From: Candidatus Anoxychlamydiales bacterium
Lineage (GTDB): Bacteria; Chlamydiota; Chlamydiia; Chlamydiales; SM23-39
Length of the DNA: 35,831 nt
Assembly: GCA_011064865.1 (NCBI GenBank)
Contig: JAAKFX010000002.1
Coordinates: forward strand, 1 to 35,831
Direction: 5' to 3'
This document shows, in pieces, positions 6,508 to 16,392 of the stretch; position 1 is the first letter of the stretch, and the number at the start of each line of letters is the position of its first letter. Below the pieces are notes generated by a model. The model saw only the letters and a program-made list of their open reading frames with translations. It was not told the origin of the DNA and made no database searches. Both the position numbers and the translations under genes were made by a program.

Positions 6508-8574
6508 ATGCACCAAATACATTTCATACAAAAGCTATATAACAAATTTTTTCCTCAAAGTTTTGCTAAGGGATTAAAGCTTACTAATATATCAGAAGAG
6601 CTAGAGAATCTACCAATTAATGAGAAGAAGAAATTAGCATCTACTCTTTTAGCAAAAGCAGAAGAGATTCTGTCAAAAGAAGATTTAACTGCAATTAAAT
6701 TATTTAATGAAGCTGCGCAATTAGATCCTACAAACCCTTTAATTTGGTATAGACAGGGACTTGCTTTTTTTGAATATGGCACTTCTGCTAATAAAGACCA
6801 GGCACTTGTTTTAGCTAGTAAAAATTTTAAAATAGCAGTTAGTTTAGATTCTGAAGTTTTTGATTTTTGGTGGGCTTGGGGAAATGTATTGTTTGTATTA
6901 GGAAATCAAAAAGATGAGTATCACTACTTTTTAGAAGCGAAAAAAAAGTATAAGCATGCAGCTTTTTTATCACAAAATCAAACTGATGATATTCTATCTG
7001 AGCTATATTGGGATTTAGGTTTAATATACACAAAAATAGCAGAGCACTCTGGCGAGGCTATTGATCTTAAAAAAGCTATAGAAAAATTTCATAAATCAAT
7101 GAATCATCAAAAAGAGAAATCTGCTCCTTTTTTAAATGATCTAGCTACAGCTTATTTAAAAATGGGAGAGCTAATTAATGACAATAATATTTATATTCAA
7201 GCGATTGATTATTTTAAATTAGCAACTCAAAAATCTAATAAATACATTGATGCGTGGTCATCGATTGCGCATGCATATACTCAACTATATATAAATACAT
7301 TAGATGAAGAGTGTTTTATTTTAGCGAATAAACACTATGAGACATCTTTAGAGATAAATCCTTTAGATGCTAATTTATGGTTAGATTGGGCGAATTTGCT
7401 TGGAGAGAGCGGGAAATTAAATAAAGATACAAAAAAGCTAAGAGCTTCTATTGAAAAATGTATAAGAGCTAAAAGAAGAAATAAAAAATCAAATCCTGTA
7501 ATGGGGCAGTGGGTAGAATCTTTATCACTTTTAGGTGCGTATACAAATAGATTAGATTTGATAATTGAAGCTGAAAACAAAATAATGAAAGCAACTGATC
7601 TATATTCAGATGAGAGCGATCTTTGGTTCTCTTATGGAGTATGCATGAAAGCTTTTGCAATTTATTATAGCGACATCGATTATGATTTTTTTGCTATAGA
7701 AAAATTTCAAATTGGACTTTCTTTAGATAGAACAAATCCAGAGCTATGGAGTGAGATAGCCCTAACGCATTTAAAAATTGGAAAAGAGTTAGAAGATATA
7801 GATATGTTAGAGAGAGCCTCTAAATTTTTTATAAAAGCAATAGATATAAAACCTGCATGTCCAGCTATTATTTTTGATTATGCAAAAAATTTAACAGCTC
7901 TAGCAGAGCTGACTTTAAATCAAGCTACATTAGAAGAAGCGATAAAACAATTTGAAATAGCCTTAAATCTTCAAAAAAATGCAATTTTATCTCATCCTGA
8001 TTGGATATTTTATTATGCTTGTGCATTAGATCTTTTAGGTGATCTTTTTGAAAAAGAGAGCTATTATTTAAAAGCTATAGAGATTTTTAATAATGTTTTA
8101 TTAGTTGATCCAGATTTTAAAAAGATTCATTATAGATTAGCGCTATCTTTTTCACATCTATTAGAGGTGAACTCTAAAATCGAATATTTTGAAAAAGCAA
8201 ATAATTGTTTTAAATTAGCGACAAAACAAGATTTAGAAGATGAGAATGTCTGGTTAGAATGGGGTCTTACATTAATTTCATACTCTTATGATAATTTAGA
8301 TTCTCAGAGTCAGCAAAAAAAATATTTAGAAGCTGAGCAAAAGTTAATTAAAGCGGGTCAACTTGGCAATCAACATGCATATTATCATTTAGCATGTCTA
8401 TATTCTTTAACAAATAGATATACAGAAGCTATAAATTTTTTAGAAAAAGCGAAACAGATCGATATGCTCCCCCCTATAGAAGAGATCTTAGATGATGAGT
8501 GGCTTGATAACTTAAGAGCTACGGATCAATTCTCTCATTTTCTACATGAGATAGAAAAGAAACAAAATATCTAG
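6508..8574 (+). CDS. Tetratricopeptide-repeat (TPR) protein
   Basis: 688-aa all-helical protein with many roughly 34-aa repeats of the W/L-G-Y-A-F-P type (for example AIKLFNEAAQLDPTNPLIWYRQGLAFFEYG and AIEIFNNVLLVDPDFKKIHYRLALSF). No enzymatic motif was recognised. Confidence 0.65.
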   Translation: MHQIHFIQKLYNKFFPQSFAKGLKLTNISEELENLPINEKKKLASTLLAKAEEILSKEDLTAIKLFNEAAQLDPTNPLIWYRQGLAFFEYGTSANKDQALVLASKNFKIAVSLDSEVFDFWWAWGNVLFVLGNQKDEYHYFLEAKKKYKHAAFLSQNQTDDILSELYWDLGLIYTKIAEHSGEAIDLKKAIEKFHKSMNHQKEKSAPFLNDLATAYLKMGELINDNNIYIQAIDYFKLATQKSNKYIDAWSSIAHAYTQLYINTLDEECFILANKHYETSLEINPLDANLWLDWANLLGESGKLNKDTKKLRASIEKCIRAKRRNKKSNPVMGQWVESLSLLGAYTNRLDLIIEAENKIMKATDLYSDESDLWFSYGVCMKAFAIYYSDIDYDFFAIEKFQIGLSLDRTNPELWSEIALTHLKIGKELEDIDMLERASKFFIKAIDIKPACPAIIFDYAKNLTALAELTLNQATLEEAIKQFEIALNLQKNAILSHPDWIFYYACALDLLGDLFEKESYYLKAIEIFNNVLLVDPDFKKIHYRLALSFSHLLEVNSKIEYFEKANNCFKLATKQDLEDENVWLEWGLTLISYSYDNLDSQSQQKKYLEAEQKLIKAGQLGNQHAYYHLACLYSLTNRYTEAINFLEKAKQIDMLPPIEEILDDEWLDNLRATDQFSHFLHEIEKKQNI

Positions 8575-8634
8575 AATGCATTTCAAGTTTTTGCTATATT
8601 GATATCTTAAAAAGCATCGAAAAGGTCATTAAAG

Positions 8635-10491
8635 ATGGATAAACGTACTATTATTTTTATTATAGTTCTTGCAGCTAGTTTTTATGTAATGCAACTTATA
8701 TTTCCTCCACAAAAAACTCAGGCTCCTAAAACAGTTCAAACTGAGACTGCAACAGTCGTTAAAGAAGATTTCAAACAAGAGCCTATAGTCCAACCTACAG
8801 GAAAAGAGAGTTTTTATGTTTTAGAGAATGATTTTCTACAAGTAGTATTTTCAACAAAAGGCGGATCAATATCAGAGATCAATCTACCATTTAAAACAAA
8901 AGAAAACCAAAAAAGTATAGTAAATGAGATAAATTTCGATAGAGAGATAAAATCTCAATCTGTAGATAATGCAAAATTTCCTTTAAATTCCTATCAAATC
9001 TATGAAGATGGCAAAATAGTTGAACAAAAACCCACTATTAGCGGCTATTATCCATTAATTCGAAGACATCTAGTAGATCATCCAAGTATTAGTCCTAGTT
9101 ATTATTCATTGAATATAGTGAGCGATACAGACGCGATAGAAAATGCTAACTACAAACTTACAAGACTTGAAAAAGATTTAATTGAATTTGAGCTCACATC
9201 TTCTAATCGAAGAGTTACAAAAACCTATGAGTTTGCTAAAGAAGCCCCTTATACTTTTGATATGAGTGTTAGTATTGATGGTGATGCTAAAAATTTATGG
9301 CTAACATCTGGAGTTCCAGAAGTAGAGCTCACATCGGGAAGATCATCACCAGTTTTAAAAATGCGAACATATAGAAAGCAAAAAAATGTTGTAGATCAAC
9401 TATCTCTGCCTAAAGGTATAACTACAGTATCATCGATCTATCCTGATTGGACATGTAACTCAAATGGATTTTTAGGACTTATTATAGATCCTTTAACTGA
9501 AATCCCACCGGGATATAGAACGAAATATATAGCTGGAAACTCACTTCCAACAAGACTCACTCAAATCGATCAAAGATACAATTTATATCCAGCTGATAAA
9601 TATCCAGGCTATGAGATGTTTCTACCTTTAAAATCAAATGGAGAAAAAACAAATTTTAGAATTTTTGCAGGACCTTTTGCAAAAAACATATTAAATGCTG
9701 TCGATGCAACGTACTCAAATGCAATAACAGGTTACAACCCAGAATATATCAAAGCTAAAAGTTTTCATGGTATTTTTGCATTTATATCAGAGCCTTTTGC
9801 AAAACTTATGTTTAGCTTAATGCAGCTATTTCACAAAACTACTGCATCTTGGGGACTGTCTATAATTTTACTTACCTTTGTTTTAAGACTAATGCTCTAT
9901 CCATTAAATGCATGGTCGATAAAAGCAAATACTAAAATGCAAGAATTTGCTCCTAAAATGAAAGAGATTCAAAAAAGATATGCGAACAATCCTCAAAAGC
10001 AAAAAATGGAAATGATGAAGCTATATAAAGAGAAAGGCTCAAATCCACTTATGGGCTGCTTTCCTATGGTTATTCAAATCCCATTTCTACTCGGTATGTT
10101 TGATCTATTAAAATCAACCTTTGAGCTTAGAGGAGCGTCTTTTATACCTGGTTGGATAAACAATTTAACAGCTCCAGATGTTGTTTTTAGCTGGGGCAGA
10201 CCAATTCCTTTAATTGGCACAGAGTTTCATCTTCTTCCTATAATAATGGGAATAGTTATGTATCTACAATCAAAATATATGACTAAAAAACCGATAAAAA
10301 CGACAGGACCTGCAACTGATCAAGAGCGTCAACAAAAAGCATTAGCTACTCTAATGCCACTAATTTTTACAGTAATATTTTACAAAATGCCATCTGGATT
10401 AAATATTTACTATTTATTCTTTTCATTATTTGGTATATTGCAACAGTGGATAATGAATAGAAAAACACAGAAAAATTTGATGAAAACATGA
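8635..10491 (+). CDS. yidC: Membrane protein insertase YidC
   Basis: 618 aa. It has an N-terminal TM segment, a large periplasmic domain, and a C-terminal 60-kDa-IMP core (WGLSIILLTFVLRLMLYPL...MQEFAPKMKEIQKRY...KLYKEKGSNPLMGCFPMVIQIPF). Confidence 0.88.
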   Translation: MDKRTIIFIIVLAASFYVMQLIFPPQKTQAPKTVQTETATVVKEDFKQEPIVQPTGKESFYVLENDFLQVVFSTKGGSISEINLPFKTKENQKSIVNEINFDREIKSQSVDNAKFPLNSYQIYEDGKIVEQKPTISGYYPLIRRHLVDHPSISPSYYSLNIVSDTDAIENANYKLTRLEKDLIEFELTSSNRRVTKTYEFAKEAPYTFDMSVSIDGDAKNLWLTSGVPEVELTSGRSSPVLKMRTYRKQKNVVDQLSLPKGITTVSSIYPDWTCNSNGFLGLIIDPLTEIPPGYRTKYIAGNSLPTRLTQIDQRYNLYPADKYPGYEMFLPLKSNGEKTNFRIFAGPFAKNILNAVDATYSNAITGYNPEYIKAKSFHGIFAFISEPFAKLMFSLMQLFHKTTASWGLSIILLTFVLRLMLYPLNAWSIKANTKMQEFAPKMKEIQKRYANNPQKQKMEMMKLYKEKGSNPLMGCFPMVIQIPFLLGMFDLLKSTFELRGASFIPGWINNLTAPDVVFSWGRPIPLIGTEFHLLPIIMGIVMYLQSKYMTKKPIKTTGPATDQERQQKALATLMPLIFTVIFYKMPSGLNIYYLFFSLFGILQQWIMNRKTQKNLMKT

Positions 10492-11789
10492 AAGCTTGGA
10501 AGCTTTTTTTAGTTGATCTAGAAAAAAAAATTGGTTCATCTACTGTAAGCAAATGGCTCTCTAGTTTAAAAATTCTAAAATTTGATGCATGTAATCTATA
10601 TTTAGAAGCTGAAAATTATTTCCAAGCAAAATGGTTCGAAGAGCATATAAGACCTATTTTAAAAAAGGGTTTTTATAACGAAAATTTTCATAAAATAAAA
10701 ATTCATCTCTCTATTAAAGATTCTTATCAAAAACCCAAAACAAAAGAGATAAAAAAACAATTTACATCAGAGACACTTCAAACTTATTTAACCTTTTCAT
10801 TTTTCATAGCATCTGAAAAAAATCTGATAACCTTAAAACTCTTAAAAGAAGCGGCTAGCTCTAATACCAGCAGCTTTAATCCTATTTTTTTATATGGCCC
10901 AAAAGGCTCTGGTAAAACGCATATATTACAAGCCTTAGCACATAAATTTACAGAGAGAAATTTAAATGTTTTTTATGTAAGCGCTAAAACTTTTACCAAT
11001 CATGTCGTAGATGCAATTCGAAATAGTGCAATGGCAGAATTTAGAAAAACCTATAGAAACTTAGATGTATTAATTGTAGATGATGCTCAAATTTTTTCTA
11101 AAAAGCTTGCGACTCAAGAAGAATTTTTCCATACTTTTAATACACTTCATTCAATGGGAAAACCCATCATTTTAAGTGCTAACTCAGCACCTAACATGTT
11201 AGATGATATTGAGCCGAGGCTTACCTCTCGTTTTGAATGGGGTATATCTCTATATCTAGAAAAATTAAAAAAATCAGATTTTAAATTAGTTTTAAAAAGC
11301 CAACAAAGTCTTTTAAATCTACATTTAGCTGCAGAGATAGAAAAATTCATTATTGATAATTTCAATAATATAACATCGATCAAAAAAGCTTTAAAAACTA
11401 TCGCTTTAAATGAGCATTTGGATGATCAAAAGTCTTTAGATGCAAATAAGATTAAAAACTATTTATCTCCTCTTATTTTAGAAGAAAAAGAAAAGGATTT
11501 AGATCCTGAAAAAATCATACAAGAAGTCTCAATATATTTTGGACTTACTTCAAAAGATATTTTAGGTAAATCTCAAACAAAAGAGTGTACATTCCCCCGT
11601 CAATTTTCAATGTATCTTTGTCGAGAGCTTTTAAAAATGCCTTTTATGAAAATAGGCACAATTTTTCAAAGAGATCATTCAACTGTAATGACAAGCATAA
11701 AAAGTATAAAAAAAGAATTAGATAATAACAAGCTAGACACTTTTAGTGCGTTGAAACAAATTACAAAAAAATTACATATCTTTTCTTAA
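10488..11789 (+). CDS. dnaA: Chromosomal replication initiator DnaA (divergent copy)
   Basis: 433 aa. Motifs seen: Walker A GPKGSGKTH, Walker B LIVDDAQ, QEEFFHTFNTL, box VII PRLTSRFEWG, and the domain IV motif FPRQFSMYLCRELL...IGTIFQRDHSTVMTSIKSI. The ATG overlaps the yidC stop codon (ATGA). Confidence 0.88.
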   Translation: MKAWKLFLVDLEKKIGSSTVSKWLSSLKILKFDACNLYLEAENYFQAKWFEEHIRPILKKGFYNENFHKIKIHLSIKDSYQKPKTKEIKKQFTSETLQTYLTFSFFIASEKNLITLKLLKEAASSNTSSFNPIFLYGPKGSGKTHILQALAHKFTERNLNVFYVSAKTFTNHVVDAIRNSAMAEFRKTYRNLDVLIVDDAQIFSKKLATQEEFFHTFNTLHSMGKPIILSANSAPNMLDDIEPRLTSRFEWGISLYLEKLKKSDFKLVLKSQQSLLNLHLAAEIEKFIIDNFNNITSIKKALKTIALNEHLDDQKSLDANKIKNYLSPLILEEKEKDLDPEKIIQEVSIYFGLTSKDILGKSQTKECTFPRQFSMYLCRELLKMPFMKIGTIFQRDHSTVMTSIKSIKKELDNNKLDTFSALKQITKKLHIFS

Positions 11790-11834
11790 TTTTTTTTTTT
11801 TTAGCTTTTTATTTAGTGAGAATTATTTATAAAC

Positions 11835-11866
11835 AAAAAGCAGCTTTTTTAACTGCTTTTTGTTTT
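11835..11866. terminator. Bidirectional intrinsic terminator between convergent dnaA and the chaperone gene
   Basis: AAAAGCAG-cttttttaa-CTGCTTTT, an 8-bp stem, flanked by A-rich sequence on the 5' side and TGTTTT on the 3' side. Confidence 0.55.
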
Positions 11867-11882
11867 AGATTAATTTTATGAA

Positions 11883-12404
11883 TTAAACTTTTACGAATCC
11901 GCCACCACCTGTCTCTCCAGGTTTTTGCATCTCTGGTGGTTTTGCTCCTCCAGGAAGTGGAAGTGTAAACGGCTCAGGCTCTTTTCCTTCACAAATATCC
12001 GTTACTATTTTTCTCCATTTTTCTACTGTCTCAACGAAAAGTGGTGCAAATCTACGAAGTGCAGATGCATCAACACCGAGGCCCATATCCAGAACACAGT
12101 GAAGAAGAATTAACTCTTCTTTTACTGCCACTCCTACTCCTCCTCCTGCCATTTGGCCACCTAGCATAGATCCTTCAAGAAGTCTTTGATAAAGTTTCAA
12201 TACGATTTTATCATCTTTAGGAAGTCCATCTAAAAGAGGTGAGTATAAGTACAATCTATCTGAATTTGGTTCATATGTTAAATGCAAAGAAAATGTGTTA
12301 TCAATCCCTAAAATACATGTGTTGTTTTCATCAAACCCCAAACCCTCAAGATTTAATTCTTTCGAAAATTCTTTTAGATTTGCTTTGGCATTTTCAAATG
12401 ACAT
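11883..12404 (-). CDS. Type III secretion chaperone, CesT/SycE family (Slc1/CT043-like)
   Basis: 173 aa. ...FSLHLTYEPNSDRLYLYSPLLDGLP...LLEGSMLGGQMAGGGVGVAVKEELILLHCVLDM... matches my recollection of C. trachomatis Slc1 (CT043) almost block for block. It has a Gly/Pro-rich C-terminal tail and a GGAGGA Shine-Dalgarno sequence. Confidence 0.75.
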   Translation of the reverse strand: MSFENAKANLKEFSKELNLEGLGFDENNTCILGIDNTFSLHLTYEPNSDRLYLYSPLLDGLPKDDKIVLKLYQRLLEGSMLGGQMAGGGVGVAVKEELILLHCVLDMGLGVDASALRRFAPLFVETVEKWRKIVTDICEGKEPEPFTLPLPGGAKPPEMQKPGETGGGGFVKV

Positions 12405-12582
12405 TTGTTATCCTCCAAATATTAATTATTTTTGACATACATTTTTATCATAAAAATTTTTTATAGACAAAATAATTTTTAGAAAAATATAGCTCAACGT
12501 TTTGATCTAGTTTAATATATAAATTTATTTTTTTCAATATTGTTTAATTTTTAAAATTTTTACTTTGTATTAAATTTATTTT

Positions 12583-12814
12583 TTACTTTTTAGTATTATT
12601 ATAAACTTCAGTAGCTTTTTCAGTGGTTTTTGGCATCTCTTGTAATTCTATATGTACTATTCCATCAATAATTGTCGTTTTAGGTGGTTTTCTTACTATT
12701 TGAGGCTTTTTACTCGATCCATCGCCCTCATCCTTATCAACACTTTGTTCTTGTCCAGTTTTTCTAATAGCATAACAAAGAGTATCCTAAAGCTCCGATG
12801 CCTGCGCCCATCAT
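12583..12814 (-). pseudogene. Possible frameshifted remnant of a small gene upstream of the chaperone
   Basis: On the minus strand, ATGATG at 12814 opens MMGAGIGALGYSLLCY and then hits a stop. A second frame opens about 20 nt earlier and runs ...IRKTGQEQSVDKDEGDGSSKKPQIVRKPPKTTIIDGIVHIELQEMPKTTEKATEVYNNTKK to a TAA at 12583-12585, but it has no start codon of its own. A single indel would fuse the two frames. Confidence 0.25.
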
Positions 12815-13012
12815 AAAACTAACCTTATTTATGATTTTTGAATCATCATTAAAAATAATTATAACATAATGATGAATTTTATTAAAGATGTTAGATATCT
12901 TTAGAAAATGAAGTATATAGTTTTTATTTGAATTAAAAAATATTTTACTATTTGCACTATCAAAAAATATAAAAATAGCTACAATCTGATAAGGATAAAA
13001 AAGAGCTAAAAA

Positions 13013-14830
13013 GTGTCTATTTTTGAAAAACTTGAGATAAAAGAAGGAAAAAGCTCTCCTTTGGGCATATCTAGGATATGCATATCTATATCTACGAAAA
13101 ACAGAGGGATAAATTTTGCATTTTATTCTGAAAACAAAGATGTGTTTTTAGTTTTAAAAAATGGAAAAACAACTAAAGAAATTGAATTAAATAGAAATGA
13201 TAATATTCATCATATAGAGATTGAAAACCTTCCTAAAGATACACTTTATGCTTATAAGGTAGAAAATGAGATTAAACAAGATCCCTATGCGAGATCTTTT
13301 GCATCACCTAATTCTTGGGGAGCTAAAACAGATGAAGATACATATCTTTTTGCAAAAGTAGATTTCGAAAATAAAGAAGAACTAAAAAATCTAGAAAAAA
13401 TTCAAAAACCAAATATAAAATTTGATGATCTAATTATATATGAAATGCATGTGAGAGCTTTTACAAAAGATATATCTACTAAGACAAAAAATAGCGGTAA
13501 ATTCTTAGGGATAATAGAAAAGATTGATTATTTAAAAAAATTGGGGGTAAATGCAATAGAGCTGATGCCTATATATGAATTTGATGAAAATTCATATAGC
13601 GCTGTTGATCCTGATACAAAAAAAAGGCTTTTTAATTTTTGGGGATACTCCCCTGTATCTTTTTTCTCTATTATGAAAAGATATGGCTCTGAAAAAGATT
13701 TTAAAAATTTAGTAGAAAATCTTCATAAAAATGGTCTCGAAATAATTTTAGATGTTGTCTATAACCATATGCAAAATCCTATAAAAGATAAAAACTACTT
13801 TTTGTTAGATGAAAACAAAAATCATCTAAATTTTTCAGGATGCGGAAATACATGTAATGCGAACTCTAAAGTGGGAGCTAAGCTTATTGTAGATTCTTTG
13901 ATTTACTTTGTAGAAAATTTTAATGTTGATGGATTTAGATTTGATTTAGCATCGATATTAACTAGAGGAAAAGATGGTATAACCTTAGAAAAGCCTTTAA
14001 TATTAGAGATGATAAAAAATGAAAAAAAATTAAAAGACATAAAACTGATTGCGGAGCCTTGGGATGCAGCAAATCTCAATCAACTAGGATTTTTTACAAA
14101 ATATAATTTTTATGAGTGGAATGATAAATATCGAGATGTTGTAAGAAAATTTATAAAAGGCGATGAAAATTTAGAAAAAGATTTTGTAGACGCTATTTTG
14201 GGGAAAAAAGATGTAAATTCAATTAATTTTGTAACTTGCCATGATGGTTTTACTCTAAATGATTTGGTGAGTTTTGAGAAAAAGCATAATGAGAAAAATT
14301 TAGAAAAAAACAGAGATGGAAATGATTTTAACTTTAGCAAAAATTATGGAATAGAAGGTTTTTCAGATGATGAAAAAATAAACGAAATAAGACTTAGACA
14401 AGCTAAAAATTTTATGCTCGCATTGATGATTTCAAAAGATGTTCCAATGATATATATGGGAGATGAATATCTACATACAAAAAATGGTAATAATAATACT
14501 TGGTGCCAAGATAATAAATTGAACTATTTTTTGTGGAATAATGAGATAAAATTTTTTGATTTTATAAAATTTTTAATCGAGTTTAGAAATAAACACAAAA
14601 GTTTTTTAAGCTACAAAAAAGCAAAATTTGAAATTAAGAAAAATTTTATAAAAATTTTATCAAATGATTTTATCGTAATATTCAATACAAGCGAAAACGA
14701 TATCAATGTAGAAATTTCAGATGGAAAATACAAAGTTTTGCTAGATACTTTTGATGGTAGTGAGAGGACTTATCAAAACAAAATTACTTTAAAAAATTTG
14801 TCTGCTGCAGTTTTACAAAAAACTAACTAG
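13013..14830 (+). CDS. glgX: Glycogen debranching enzyme (GH13, GlgX-type)
   Basis: 605 aa with a GTG start. GH13 regions are present: ILDVVYNHM, GFRFDLASIL, IAEPWD and NFVTCHDGFTLNDLVS. The N-terminal SPLG motif is typical of isoamylase/GlgX. Confidence 0.85.
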   Translation: MSIFEKLEIKEGKSSPLGISRICISISTKNRGINFAFYSENKDVFLVLKNGKTTKEIELNRNDNIHHIEIENLPKDTLYAYKVENEIKQDPYARSFASPNSWGAKTDEDTYLFAKVDFENKEELKNLEKIQKPNIKFDDLIIYEMHVRAFTKDISTKTKNSGKFLGIIEKIDYLKKLGVNAIELMPIYEFDENSYSAVDPDTKKRLFNFWGYSPVSFFSIMKRYGSEKDFKNLVENLHKNGLEIILDVVYNHMQNPIKDKNYFLLDENKNHLNFSGCGNTCNANSKVGAKLIVDSLIYFVENFNVDGFRFDLASILTRGKDGITLEKPLILEMIKNEKKLKDIKLIAEPWDAANLNQLGFFTKYNFYEWNDKYRDVVRKFIKGDENLEKDFVDAILGKKDVNSINFVTCHDGFTLNDLVSFEKKHNEKNLEKNRDGNDFNFSKNYGIEGFSDDEKINEIRLRQAKNFMLALMISKDVPMIYMGDEYLHTKNGNNNTWCQDNKLNYFLWNNEIKFFDFIKFLIEFRNKHKSFLSYKKAKFEIKKNFIKILSNDFIVIFNTSENDINVEISDGKYKVLLDTFDGSERTYQNKITLKNLSAAVLQKTN

Positions 14831-14890
14831 CCAAGAATAAAAAACATCTGCTACACTCAAATTAGTATTATTTTATTTTCCGGGGGAAAA

Positions 14891-15526
14891 ATGATAAAGT
14901 TTTTAGCAGTGGCTATTTTGTCTTTGTTTATTTTCACATCATGTGAAAATAAAACTGAGAGTGAACAACAACATGTATCTAAATATTATGATGATGGAAG
15001 AGCTAGACCTGTCGTAGCTGTTGGAACAATTATTGATTCAACATCTTATGATCTTCCATGGAGCATTTCAGAAGAGTTAACTCATTTAGTTCAAAAACAA
15101 CTATCAACAAATCAAAGTATATTTTTAGCATCTACTGATGAGATTGATGAATTTTTAACAAATACTGATAATCCATTTGATGTAAATGTATCTTGGATGA
15201 AAGATAGATTTGAGCCAAATGAATTTTTAGTGTTTTTAGAGCTAATTAATCATACTGAGCTAAAAAAAGATAACATCACTAATCTTGATATGTCAGTGAG
15301 AATAAGAATAGTAGATGTTAGATCTAAAAAACCAAGAGTTATTCTACAAGAGTGTTTAAAGGATAATTATTATATAGCGAAAGGAGCTATTAAAGAAGAT
15401 TATCAAAATACTGTTTGGGGATCGAATGAATATGAAAACTCTAGAATGGGACTGGCTCATAAACAACTAGCGAAAGATATCTCTGATAGAATTTCTGATT
15501 ATATTGCTCTATCAAAGAGTCGCTAA
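14891..15526 (+). CDS. Putative lipoprotein
   Basis: 211 aa. The signal peptide MIKFLAVAILSLFIFTSC ends in a lipobox-like FTSC. No further family was recognised. The stop overlaps the start of the next gene (TAATG). Confidence 0.6.
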   Translation: MIKFLAVAILSLFIFTSCENKTESEQQHVSKYYDDGRARPVVAVGTIIDSTSYDLPWSISEELTHLVQKQLSTNQSIFLASTDEIDEFLTNTDNPFDVNVSWMKDRFEPNEFLVFLELINHTELKKDNITNLDMSVRIRIVDVRSKKPRVILQECLKDNYYIAKGAIKEDYQNTVWGSNEYENSRMGLAHKQLAKDISDRISDYIALSKSR

Positions 15527-16392
15527 TGGCAAGCACAGATATAGTGCTAAAAGACGAGATTCAAAGCGCTATACTATTTTTTCTTTTGATGCTTATAACG
15601 TCTGCTATAGCATATTATAAGGGATTTTATAAGCTTGAAAAAGATGAAAAAGTACCCATTACCTATAGCTATGGTTTTTTTGTATTTTTAATCTATGCTG
15701 TGACAATTTTTTTAATAGGACCTTTAGTTGTAAGACTATTTAAAAATCTAATGTCAAATACCAATATTTTAGGTTTTGTCTTTTCGATAAATTTAGCTTT
15801 GAATCTTTTTCTAATATTAGTTTTGTATCTATTTTGTTTTAGAGTGAAAAAAGACATTACACTTTCAATAATAAAAAGAGGCCAAATTGATAAAACGACC
15901 TTAAAAAGGGATGTTATTTTAGGGGTATTGAGCTGGCTTATAGCCTTTCCTTTAGTCTCTTTTTTCTCATCTATTTTTGATATTTTAGTATATTTTATAT
16001 TTAAAGTGACAAAAGTGCCAAATCAATTAGCGATAGAATTTATTAAATCCTCACTCAAGAATCCAATCTTTTTTGTAATGGCTCTAATATCTGTTATTGT
16101 TATAGCACCAATAATAGAGGAGTTTTTATTTAGAGGAGTTTTGCAAAATCTTTTTAAAAAGTTCATGAATAGATCTTTAGCTATTTTAGCTACAAGTGTG
16201 ATTTTTGCATTTTTTCATTTTGCAATTTCTCAAAAACTTGCAAATATTACTATTTTAGGTTCGCTTTTTATTTTAGGTGTTTTTTTAAGCTTTTTATATG
16301 AAAAACAAAAATCTTTAATATCACCTATATTTTTACATGCAACTTTCAATGCACTTAGTGTATTGAACATAATATTTATCAAAGGCGTATAA
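15526..16392 (+). CDS. CPBP-family intramembrane glutamic endopeptidase (CAAX protease / Abi-like)
   Basis: 288-aa polytopic protein with the hallmark motifs IIEEFLFRG, FAFFH and LHATFN. Confidence 0.8.
   Translation: MASTDIVLKDEIQSAILFFLLMLITSAIAYYKGFYKLEKDEKVPITYSYGFFVFLIYAVTIFLIGPLVVRLFKNLMSNTNILGFVFSINLALNLFLILVLYLFCFRVKKDITLSIIKRGQIDKTTLKRDVILGVLSWLIAFPLVSFFSSIFDILVYFIFKVTKVPNQLAIEFIKSSLKNPIFFVMALISVIVIAPIIEEFLFRGVLQNLFKKFMNRSLAILATSVIFAFFHFAISQKLANITILGSLFILGVFLSFLYEKQKSLISPIFLHATFNALSVLNIIFIKGV

Noticed and set aside
6555-7660. Four antisense ORFs (6555..6782, 6839..7033, 7335..7580, 7469..7660) within the TPR gene.
   Set aside because: All are embedded antisense in a 688-aa ORF with a clear repeat structure. 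They overlap each other and lack ribosome-binding sites.
10367-12466. Short ORFs 10367..10552 (-), 11147..11383 (-), 11925..12113 (+) and 12239..12466 (+).
   Set aside because: Each lies antisense to, or out of frame within, yidC, dnaA or the Slc1-like chaperone gene. All three of those genes carry strong family motifs in the chosen frames.
11790-13012. A possible oriC with DnaA boxes next to dnaA.
   Set aside because: The region is AT-rich and non-coding, but I found no TTATCCACA or TGTGGATAA boxes. The nearest matches (TTATCCTCC at about 12406, TTATCCTTA at about 12988) have two mismatches each, and the first is simply the reverse complement of the chaperone Shine-Dalgarno sequence. An origin cannot be supported without GC-skew data.
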